Of a stretch of DNA of 64,000 bases, positions 30,815 through 39,035 are shown piece after piece (the first letter of the stretch is position 1; each line of letters begins with the position of its first letter). The DNA is from Arenicellales bacterium (GTDB lineage Bacteria; Pseudomonadota; Gammaproteobacteria; Arenicellales; CBDCFT01). Location of the stretch: NCBI GenBank assembly GCA_965216735.1, contig OZ244198.1, positions 1,525,628 through 1,589,627 on the forward strand. Reading direction: 5' to 3'. Both the position numbers and the translations under genes were made by a program. The notes under the pieces were generated by a model. It saw only the letters and a program-made list of their open reading frames with translations, did no database searches and was not told where the DNA came from.

Positions 30815-32737
30815 ATGAGCGCTATTCGACTAATACGCTGTTTGCTGTTTATTTGGGTGGTTGCTTTTGGTACGGCATTTGCGCAGAGTTTTAATGACGG
30901 TGTGGATGCCTATCTAAATGGCGACTACAAAAAGGCGTTTGTTATTTGGAAACCATTAGCAACGGGTGGGGATGCGGTCGCGATGTTCAATATCGGCGTC
31001 CTCTATTCTCAGGGTTTGGGCGTGGAACAAAACCTCGAAGAAGGCGTCAATTGGTACCGGCAGTCGGCGATAAAAGGCTATGCTCCCGCGCAATTCAACT
31101 TAGGTGTCGCCTTTAGGGAAGGCAAGGGTATTCGTCAGTCGGCTGAAAGAGCTTCGCAATGGTTTCGCTCTGCTGCCGAACAAGATCATCGCCATGCCCA
31201 ATACAATTTGGCTTCCCTTTATTGGATAGGAGAGGGTGTCGAAAAAGATCGCGAGGAAGCAATCGCATGGTTCGAAAAAGCCGCCAAAGCCGGTGATCCA
31301 CGCGCACAACAGATTCTTGTCCGTATTCAACAACCAACATCCGACCAACCCCAGGGAGATGCAACGCAAACACTGGCGGACACTCAGGCTAAAGAAAACG
31401 TCGACGCGACGAAGCAGGACTCATCGACAGAATCGGATTCCTCGGCGACAGAATCGTCAACACTAGCATCGAGCACAGAACAATCGACGTACACGACGGA
31501 AAAGGAACCGGATACATCCCAAGATGATGTGACCCAAGCTGAAAACAAAGCGGTAGCCAGTGTTGAGGAAGCCAAGCCGGCCCCGGAACAACTCGAAGGT
31601 CAAGCACAAACAGTGACTAATGAAGAATCGATAGCGGACAAACCAGCTACCGATCAACCAGAGTCGGCGGACAAAGCCGCGGAGCAAGTCGATCAAGAAG
31701 AGCAAGAGGAATCTGACGAGTCGCCGACATCGACGCAAACCATAGCGGCAGCGGATACTGAAACTTCCGCGCTTCCCGCGGAGGAAGAGGTGAGTGCGAA
31801 ACCGGACAACAACGACGACTGGATTGAGCAACAGCCTGAGGGGAACTATACTATTCAAGTGTTTGCTGATCGTGGAGGTGACAGTGGAAGTTCGAAGTTT
31901 ATCCAGCAACACAAGTTGCAACAGGCTAACCGTTTTATTTCAGCCGACGGCTGGAATAAAGTTGTGGTAGGTTCCTACCCGAGTAGGGAAGCCGCTAACC
32001 AGGCGGTTGCAAACCTGCCGGACGCCGTACAAAAACAAAAACCCTGGGTTCGACCACTCGTCGACATAAAACGCGAGATCAATGAAGTTGGCTCGCAGGT
32101 TGTATCCGCTAAAGCCGGTAAAGTCGAGGGAAATCTATTTGCTGCGACCGATGACACGACATCAAACGCGGCCAACGTGGCAGATAAGGATGCCGAAAAA
32201 AATATGCAGGGTGAGCCCAAGGAGGCCACAAAGACTGAACGAGAGGAAACCATCACTACCGCCGCTGTACAAGGGTCGAGCTTGTCGGATGGAGCGAGCG
32301 AAAATCAGACTGGCAAAACCAGTTCCAACAATATTACCACCGAGGAACCGCTGGATGTTTCGGAAATGACCATTCGCCAACGGCTTGATATTGCTCACGA
32401 AGCTTTCATAGAACACGATTATTTGAACGCCCACCGTATGTGGGAACCGCTGGCTTATGCAGGGTACGCCGAGGCGCAGTACGGTCTGGCCTATTTACTC
32501 GAGACAGGATCAGGTATTCCGCGTAGCGAACAGGATGCCTTCGAATGGTACCGGCTGGCTGCAGAGCAGGGGCATAGTCAGGCGCAATTCAATCTCGGGG
32601 TGTTTTATATGGAAGGACGCGGAGTAATGAATAATGAAGGTCTGGGTTTGTATTGGATTCAAACCGCGGCTGACAACAAAGAACAACGCGCCAAGGATTA
32701 TCTTGCCAGCCACCGCCAAAAATCCGCCACTGAATAG
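30815..32737 (+). CDS. Secreted mosaic protein: signal peptide, Sel1 repeats, acidic linker, SPOR domain, low-complexity linker, Sel1 repeats
   Basis: Signal peptide ...AFGTAFAQS. Sel1 units (A.FNLGV.Y..G.GV..., W..AA.QG...AQ) at both ends. SPOR-like YTIQVFADRGG...WNKVVVGSYPSREAANQAVANL at about 31845-32070. Confidence 0.8.
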   Translation: MSAIRLIRCLLFIWVVAFGTAFAQSFNDGVDAYLNGDYKKAFVIWKPLATGGDAVAMFNIGVLYSQGLGVEQNLEEGVNWYRQSAIKGYAPAQFNLGVAFREGKGIRQSAERASQWFRSAAEQDHRHAQYNLASLYWIGEGVEKDREEAIAWFEKAAKAGDPRAQQILVRIQQPTSDQPQGDATQTLADTQAKENVDATKQDSSTESDSSATESSTLASSTEQSTYTTEKEPDTSQDDVTQAENKAVASVEEAKPAPEQLEGQAQTVTNEESIADKPATDQPESADKAAEQVDQEEQEESDESPTSTQTIAAADTETSALPAEEEVSAKPDNNDDWIEQQPEGNYTIQVFADRGGDSGSSKFIQQHKLQQANRFISADGWNKVVVGSYPSREAANQAVANLPDAVQKQKPWVRPLVDIKREINEVGSQVVSAKAGKVEGNLFAATDDTTSNAANVADKDAEKNMQGEPKEATKTEREETITTAAVQGSSLSDGASENQTGKTSSNNITTEEPLDVSEMTIRQRLDIAHEAFIEHDYLNAHRMWEPLAYAGYAEAQYGLAYLLETGSGIPRSEQDAFEWYRLAAEQGHSQAQFNLGVFYMEGRGVMNNEGLGLYWIQTAADNKEQRAKDYLASHRQKSATE

Positions 32738-32882
32738 GTAATCTTCAGGGCAGCATATCCCCGCGTTAATACGGTTACTTGATTCTGTAGCGGAATTCGT
32801 AGATCATACGCGCGCTTTTTGGTTACCGATTTAATTCCTTGCTCCACCGTTTTGCGGGGGGCATAAACCACAAGGAATCTAT

Positions 32883-33413
32883 ATGAGACACTACGAAATT
32901 GTGTTTCTGGTCCACCCTGACCAGAGCGAACAAGTGCCCGCGATGATGGATCGTTACCGTAGCATGATTGAGAGCGGTAATGGTGTAATGCACCGTTCAG
33001 AAGATTGGGGTAGGCGGCAACTTGCCTACACTATTAACGATGTGCACAAAGCCCATTATGTCTTGATGAATATCGAATGCGGGCCTGAAGTATTACGTGA
33101 AATCGAGAGCGCTTTCCGTTTTAATGACGCGGTGTTGCGTCATTTAGTGATTAAACGCAATAAAGCGATCACCGAAGAATCGCCTTTGCTAAAACACGAA
33201 GAAGACGAAGACGAGCGACCAACCAGCTATGCCGATGATGAAGACGGCGGCGCGGAGAAGGACCAAGAAACTGTTGATGATCTCCAGGAAATAACCGCTA
33301 CAGAGGACACAACGACTCAGGAGGCCGAGGACAGTCTGCAAGACGGTGAAGACGCCGTGCAATCCGATGCTTCGCCCGTTGACCAATACACGACGGCTGA
33401 GGAGAATAACTAA
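32883..33413 (+). CDS. rpsF: 30S ribosomal protein S6 with an extended acidic C-terminal tail
   Basis: [18 protein letters not shown]... is the canonical S6 N-terminus. 176 aa. Confidence 0.95.
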   Translation: MRHYEIVFLVHPDQSEQVPAMMDRYRSMIESGNGVMHRSEDWGRRQLAYTINDVHKAHYVLMNIECGPEVLREIESAFRFNDAVLRHLVIKRNKAITEESPLLKHEEDEDERPTSYADDEDGGAEKDQETVDDLQEITATEDTTTQEAEDSLQDGEDAVQSDASPVDQYTTAEENN

Positions 33414-33640
33414 TGGCCCGCTTTATTCGTAGACGAAAATATTGCCGCTTCACCGCTTTGGGTGTAGAAGAAATCGACTACAAGGATTTAGATACATTGA
33501 AACAGTACATCACTGAAACCGGTAAGATTATTCCTAGTCGCAACACGGGAACAAAGTCGAAATACCAAAGGCAATTGGCAACTGCAGTCAAACGCGCCCG
33601 GTATCTTGCTTTGTTACCCTATACCGACCAACACGAATAG
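33413..33640 (+). CDS. rpsR: 30S ribosomal protein S18
   Basis: RRRKYCRFT...IDYKD...L..YI.E.GKI.PSR.TG. 75 aa. Confidence 0.96.
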   Translation: MARFIRRRKYCRFTALGVEEIDYKDLDTLKQYITETGKIIPSRNTGTKSKYQRQLATAVKRARYLALLPYTDQHE

Positions 33641-33649
33641 AGGGTACGT

Positions 33650-34096
33650 ATGGAAATCATATTGTTGGAACGTATTCAAAACCTGGGTGACTTGGGTGAT
33701 CAAGTAAATGTGAAGGCAGGTTATGCCCGCAACTATCTGATTCCTCAGAAAAAAGCGATGCGGGCAACGCAGGACGCCGTCGCCAAGGTGGAAGAACGCC
33801 GGCGCGAATTAGCCAAACTGGAAGCCGAGCGTCTGGATGTGGCCAAAGCGCGTGCCGATATCGCGGTTAAATCAGTTACTATCGCACGCAAAGCCGGTGA
33901 AGAAGGTCAATTGTATGGTTCGGTCACGCCGGTAGATATTGTTGAGGCGTTACAGCAAAAGGATACGGAAGTGCAACGGTCCGAGATCATGATGCCGGAA
34001 GGGCCCATTAAACAACTCGGTGATTATGAAATTCAGATTCAGCTCCATCCGGAAGTGCAGTTTTCGCTTGCCGTCGCCGTTGTTGAGGAACAATAG
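33650..34096 (+). CDS. rplI: 50S ribosomal protein L9
   Basis: MEIILLERIQNLGDLGDQVNVKAGYARNYLIPQ is the canonical L9 N-terminus. Confidence 0.95.
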   Translation: MEIILLERIQNLGDLGDQVNVKAGYARNYLIPQKKAMRATQDAVAKVEERRRELAKLEAERLDVAKARADIAVKSVTIARKAGEEGQLYGSVTPVDIVEALQQKDTEVQRSEIMMPEGPIKQLGDYEIQIQLHPEVQFSLAVAVVEEQ

Positions 34097-34119
34097 GACG
34101 CGGCATCTGAAATCCCACG

Positions 34120-34148
34120 GGGCGGCGTTGTGGAGCGGCCCCTTTTTC
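34120..34148 (+). terminator. Probable intrinsic terminator after rplI
   Basis: GGGGC (34120-34124) pairs with GCCCC (34139-34143), followed by TTTTT (34144-34148). The loop is large at 14 nt. Confidence 0.5.
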
Positions 34149-34204
34149 ATTTACGGTGCTCTGGCGTAAGATAACCGTCTCCGGTTTATTTAAGTAAAAC
34201 TTCC

Positions 34205-35587
34205 TTGGCGGCGGTCACTCAACATTCGACAGGCTCATTAAAACTCCCACCACAAGCGTTGGAAGCGGAGCAATCCTTGTTGGGGGGGCTGTTGATCGAC
34301 ACTCAGCGCTGGGACGATGTCTCGCAATTGGTACGCCCGGGCGATTTCTATTCACCCAATCACCAGGACATTTTCCGTGCCATCCACGCCTTGCGCGATG
34401 ACAATCAACCAGTCGATATCGTCACTACTTCGGAGTGGCTGGATCAACAAGGTGTATTGGAAGAAGTTGGTGGTCTCGCTTATTTAGGAACGCTCGCTAA
34501 CAACACGTCGAATACAGCGAATCTCGCGAACTATGCGCGCATCGTGCAGGAACGCTCTCTGATGCGGCGTCTGATTCGTTCCGCCAACGACATCATCGAA
34601 CGCTCATACAACCCCGAAGGCCGTAGCACCAAAGAGATTATGGATATCGCAGAAACTGCGATATTCGACATCACCCAGCAACACGGTAAACGCAACAGTA
34701 ATTTCATCGAGTTTGGCGAACTGCTGGGTGGCGCCATAGGCCGTATCGAAGAGCTATATCATTCCGGCGAGGCAATCACCGGTTTGCCCACGGGATTTGC
34801 CGATCTGGACGACATGACGGCGGGTTTGCAACCGGCCGATCTCATCATCGTCGCGGGCCGGCCATCCATGGGTAAAACTGCGCTCGCCATGAATATTGTG
34901 GAATACGCCGCGATTCAACAACAAATACCGATTGCGGTATTTAGCATGGAGATGTCTGGGCAACAACTGGCGATGCGTATGTTGGCGTCCCTCGGACGTA
35001 TCAACGCCCACAAAATGCGTGTTGGAAAACTTACCGACGACGATTGGCCACGTCTGACTTCCGCCATCGAACTGGTTAACAAAGTCAAGATTTTTATTGA
35101 TGATAGCCCCGGCCTCACTCCACTGGAAGTACGCTCGCGGGCACGTAATCTTGCCCGTAGCAGAGAGGGCGAGGGTTTAGGTTTGATCGTAGTGGATTAT
35201 TTGCAATTGATGCAGGCCACCGACTCAACGGAGAACCGTGCCACCGAAATTTCCCACATTACGCGCTCGTTAAAAATGTTGGCCAAAGAACTCAATGTGC
35301 CGGTCGTCGCCTTATCTCAGTTGAACCGGAGTCTGGAACAACGTCCGAACAAACGACCGGTGATGTCGGATTTGCGCGAGTCAGGTGCCATCGAACAAGA
35401 CGCAGACGTCATCTTGTTTATCTACCGTGATGAAGTTTATAACGAAGACTCACCCGACCGCGGCACTGCTGAAATCATTATCGGTAAACAACGCAACGGT
35501 CCCATTGGAACCGTGCGTCTTACTTTCCTGGGCGAGTACACCCGTTTCGAAAATTACGCGGCACCGGCTTTCGAAGGCGCATTCTAG
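34205..35587 (+). CDS. dnaB: Replicative DNA helicase
   Basis: PPQALEAEQSLLGGLL N-terminal motif. Walker A GRPSMGKT. Walker B LIVVDYLQL. TTG start as called; the start is uncertain. Confidence 0.95.
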   Translation: MAAVTQHSTGSLKLPPQALEAEQSLLGGLLIDTQRWDDVSQLVRPGDFYSPNHQDIFRAIHALRDDNQPVDIVTTSEWLDQQGVLEEVGGLAYLGTLANNTSNTANLANYARIVQERSLMRRLIRSANDIIERSYNPEGRSTKEIMDIAETAIFDITQQHGKRNSNFIEFGELLGGAIGRIEELYHSGEAITGLPTGFADLDDMTAGLQPADLIIVAGRPSMGKTALAMNIVEYAAIQQQIPIAVFSMEMSGQQLAMRMLASLGRINAHKMRVGKLTDDDWPRLTSAIELVNKVKIFIDDSPGLTPLEVRSRARNLARSREGEGLGLIVVDYLQLMQATDSTENRATEISHITRSLKMLAKELNVPVVALSQLNRSLEQRPNKRPVMSDLRESGAIEQDADVILFIYRDEVYNEDSPDRGTAEIIIGKQRNGPIGTVRLTFLGEYTRFENYAAPAFEGAF

Positions 35588-36679
35588 GTGAGCCCTTGGG
35601 CGCACCTGCGTACGTCAGTGGTCATCGATATCGCTGCGTTAAAACACAATCTATCCCGTATTCGATTATTTGCGCCCACTAGTAACGTCATGGCGGTGAT
35701 CAAGGCAAATGCCTACGGTCACGGTGCGGTGTGCGTGAGTAACGCACTGGATGACCTTGTAGACGGATTCGGTGTGGCGTCGGTGGATGAGGGTGTTACT
35801 TTACGCCGAGCAGGTGTTAAATCACCTATTACTATCTTGTCTGCATTTTATTTGCGTGACGAAGTTGAAGCATTGTCAAAGTTCAATCTTACACCTGTCA
35901 TCCACAGCGTGGAGCAAGAACAACTCTTACTTGATTACTTAGACAATACCTTAGATGTTTGGCTGAAGCTGGACAGCGGTATGCACCGGATGGGGCTAAC
36001 ATCGAAAGAATTGCACGATAGCACGAAAAAGTTAAGTAGATGCCAATTCATCCGCGACATTCGCATCATGTCCCATCTAGCGAATGCCGATGATTTAACT
36101 AACGAATACACAAACGTACAACTACGATATTTCTTGCAAAATACAAATAACACGTATCAACGAAGTCTGGCGAATTCAGCGGGCGTAGTGGGTTGGCCTG
36201 AGACGCATTTTGAATGGGTAAGGTCGGGATTAATGTTATACGGTGCTTCACCCATTGTTGGCAAAAGCGCAAAAGAATTCGATTTACACCCAGTGATGAC
36301 ATTTAAGGCTAAACTAATTGCGATAAAGCATCTAAATGAAGGAAATGCCGTGGGTTATGGTGGTGACTGGACATGTCCACAAGCCATGCGCATTGGCGTG
36401 GTTTCATGCGGCTACGGTGACGGTTATCCACGGCAAATCGATGACAAGGCGTTTGTTTTGTTAAACGGTAAATCCGTTCCCATTATTGGTCGTGTTTCCA
36501 TGGACGTGATGAGTATCGACTTGCGTGGCCATGACGAGGCGAGGGTCAATGATGACGTGACGCTATGGGGGCAGGGATTACCGGTCGATGATATCGCCGC
36601 TCACGCGGACACCATTCCTTATACCCTATTGTCTTTAGTCACTTCGCGTGTTCCGCGGATGGAAATCAATAGTGGCTAA
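35588..36679 (+). CDS. alr: Alanine racemase
   Basis: PLP-lysine motif AVIKANAYGHG and a C-terminal beta domain. GTG start abutting the dnaB stop. Confidence 0.92.
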   Translation: MSPWAHLRTSVVIDIAALKHNLSRIRLFAPTSNVMAVIKANAYGHGAVCVSNALDDLVDGFGVASVDEGVTLRRAGVKSPITILSAFYLRDEVEALSKFNLTPVIHSVEQEQLLLDYLDNTLDVWLKLDSGMHRMGLTSKELHDSTKKLSRCQFIRDIRIMSHLANADDLTNEYTNVQLRYFLQNTNNTYQRSLANSAGVVGWPETHFEWVRSGLMLYGASPIVGKSAKEFDLHPVMTFKAKLIAIKHLNEGNAVGYGGDWTCPQAMRIGVVSCGYGDGYPRQIDDKAFVLLNGKSVPIIGRVSMDVMSIDLRGHDEARVNDDVTLWGQGLPVDDIAAHADTIPYTLLSLVTSRVPRMEINSG

Positions 36680-38027
36680 GTCGAAATCGGTTTATATTTG
36701 TGCTGAGTGCGGCGGAAGGACACTCAAGTGGGCTGGCCAATGTCCCGAATGCAATGCATGGAATACCCTGAGCGAGACGGTAGAGCAACCCGCCGTTAAA
36801 AACACGCGCTTTGCCGAATTTGGTGAAAAACAAACGGTAACCCGTTTACGCGATGTTGAGATTGGCGATGTACAACGCATTTCCAGCGGCATCCGCGAGT
36901 TGGATCGTGTTCTAGGCGGAGGGCTGGTACCCGGCTCCGTGGTGCTCATCGGTGGCGATCCGGGCATAGGAAAGTCAACGTTGTTGCTTCAAAACCTGGC
37001 AGCCATCAGTGCGACAACATCCGCCCTGTACGTAACGGGCGAAGAGTCCATGCAACAGATCGCATTGCGTGCACAACGTTTGGAACTGAATGCTGCGGAT
37101 TTGCGTTTGCTGGCGGACAACCAACTGGAATCCATACTCACGACGATAGACAAGGACACGCCCAACGTGGTTGTCGGCGATTCCATTCAGACTTTTTATA
37201 CCGATGAACTCTCTTCTGCACCTGGCAGCGTGGCCCAGGTGCGTGAATGCGGCGCCCGTTTGGTACGTCTGGCCAAACAAATTGGTTGCATCGTTATTTT
37301 GGTTGGTCATGTAACTAAAGAGGGTCATCTGGCCGGGCCACGAATTCTTGAACACATGGTGGATGCGGTGTTGTATTTCGAAGGTGACAAGTCCAGCCGT
37401 TACCGTCTGATTCGTGCGATCAAAAACCGCTTTGGCGCGGTCAATGAAATCGGTGTGTTCGCAATGACGGAAAAGGGACTGCGTGAAGTAACTAATCCAT
37501 CCGCAATGTTTATCAATCGCCATGACCATTCGTCACCCGGCAGCGTAGTCGTCGCTTCTCAGGAAGGCACCCGGCCCCTCTTGGTAGAAGTACAAGCATT
37601 GGTGGACCCGAGTACCGCATCCAATCCACGACGCTTATGTGTCGGTTTAGAACAAAATCGTCTGGCCATGCTACTGGCGGTATTGCATCGCCACGCGGGT
37701 TATTCACTTGCCAGCCAGGATGTATTTGTCAATGTCGTCGGTGGTGTGCGCATTAATGAACCCGCGGCTGATATCCCAATAGCTTTGGCAGCTGTGTCGA
37801 GCTATCTGGATAAACCGGTACCACGGGATGTAATTGCGTTTGGAGAGATCGGTTTGACCGGTGAAGTACGGCCAGTGCAACGCGGCGTCGACCGGCTGCG
37901 CGAAGCCGCGAAGCTGGGCTTCAAACGGGCCTTGATACCGGCGGCGAACAAACCCAAGCAATCACCCAGCGGAATAAAAATTATTCCGCTAGAGCGGGTG
38001 TCGGATTGCTTGAAAATACTAACTTAA
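36672..38027 (+). CDS. radA: DNA repair protein RadA/Sms
   Basis: Zn finger YICAECGG...CPECNAWN. Walker A GDPGIGKST. KNRFG motif. Lon-like C-terminus. I prefer the GTG at 36672 (VAKSKSVYIC...) to the longer ORF starting at 36648. Confidence 0.94.
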   Translation: MAKSKSVYICAECGGRTLKWAGQCPECNAWNTLSETVEQPAVKNTRFAEFGEKQTVTRLRDVEIGDVQRISSGIRELDRVLGGGLVPGSVVLIGGDPGIGKSTLLLQNLAAISATTSALYVTGEESMQQIALRAQRLELNAADLRLLADNQLESILTTIDKDTPNVVVGDSIQTFYTDELSSAPGSVAQVRECGARLVRLAKQIGCIVILVGHVTKEGHLAGPRILEHMVDAVLYFEGDKSSRYRLIRAIKNRFGAVNEIGVFAMTEKGLREVTNPSAMFINRHDHSSPGSVVVASQEGTRPLLVEVQALVDPSTASNPRRLCVGLEQNRLAMLLAVLHRHAGYSLASQDVFVNVVGGVRINEPAADIPIALAAVSSYLDKPVPRDVIAFGEIGLTGEVRPVQRGVDRLREAAKLGFKRALIPAANKPKQSPSGIKIIPLERVSDCLKILT

Positions 38028-38159
38028 CGGATGTTTAGCGTTTTGCCGGTTTTACCAGTCATGTGATAAACGGAGAAATAGGAGACATACTCTAGCATTC
38101 CCTTTTGAGGAACCCATTTGTCTAATTTTTTGACGCTGACAAAAATCTAAAAAGTAACA

Positions 38160-38987
38160 TCAATCCATCGCCTCTCGGACTAACTCATTAATACCGACTT
38201 TCGCACGGGTTTTTTCATCGACGCGTTTGACAATGACGGCGCAATATAGACTGTGACTACCGTCTGCGGCGGGCATGGAACCAGATACGACAACGGAACC
38301 CGGCGGTACGGTGCCGTACGTAACTTCACCGGTTGCACGATCGAGAATTTTAGTGCTTTGACCGATAAAAACTCCCATAGAGATGACCGAACCTGAGCCG
38401 ACGACAACGCCTTCGACGACTTCGCTGCGCGCACCGATAAAACAGTTGTCTTCAATAATGGTCGGCGACGCCTGCAACGGTTCCAATACGCCACCGATGC
38501 CGACACCACCGGATAAATGTACGTTTTTGCCAATCTGCGCGCACGACCCGACGGTGGCCCAAGTATCGACCATGGTGCCTTCATCAACGTAAGCACCGAT
38601 GTTCACATAGCTCGGCATCATTACGACCCGTGGACCGATGTAAGCACCATGACGCACGCAAGCCGGCGGCACCACACGAAATCCACCCTGAGCAAATTGT
38701 TCAGCTGTGTAGTTCGAGAATTTTGTCGCCACTTTGTCGTAATATTGAGTAAAGCCACCCGGCAAGGTTTGGTTGTCTTCCAGCCGGAATGACAACAACA
38801 CCGCTTTCTTCAACCACTGGTTCACCCGCCATCCATCGCTGGTGGGTTCGGCCACCCGTGCTTCGCCGGTGTCCAATAGCGACAACGCCTTGTCCACTGC
38901 TTCACGTACATCTTTACCAGCGTTTTGTGGCGTGATATCGGCACTGTGTTCAAATGCCTGTTCGATAGTTTTCTCTATATCTTGCAT
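38160..38987 (-). CDS. dapD: 2,3,4,5-tetrahydropyridine-2,6-dicarboxylate N-succinyltransferase
   Basis: 275 aa with hexapeptide repeats. map-glnD-dapD synteny is conserved. Confidence 0.95.
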   Translation of the reverse strand: MQDIEKTIEQAFEHSADITPQNAGKDVREAVDKALSLLDTGEARVAEPTSDGWRVNQWLKKAVLLSFRLEDNQTLPGGFTQYYDKVATKFSNYTAEQFAQGGFRVVPPACVRHGAYIGPRVVMMPSYVNIGAYVDEGTMVDTWATVGSCAQIGKNVHLSGGVGIGGVLEPLQASPTIIEDNCFIGARSEVVEGVVVGSGSVISMGVFIGQSTKILDRATGEVTYGTVPPGSVVVSGSMPAADGSHSLYCAVIVKRVDEKTRAKVGINELVREAMD

Positions 38988-39035
38988 TAGTCTTTAAAAA
39001 TGATTGAGTTCGTTGTTGGTAATACCAAAGAGACG

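Noticed and set aside
36975-37529. 184-aa ORF on the minus strand, opposite radA. Similar long antisense ORFs occur at 56591-57160 (opposite dnaE), 1503-1964 (folC), 8087-8527 (ilvI), 44359-45022 (tsf/pyrH) and 31463-31921 (Sel1/SPOR).
   Set aside because: All lie fully inside strongly supported conserved genes on the other strand. Their translations are low-complexity or Arg/Cys/His-rich with no recognisable motifs. They are typical shadow ORFs.
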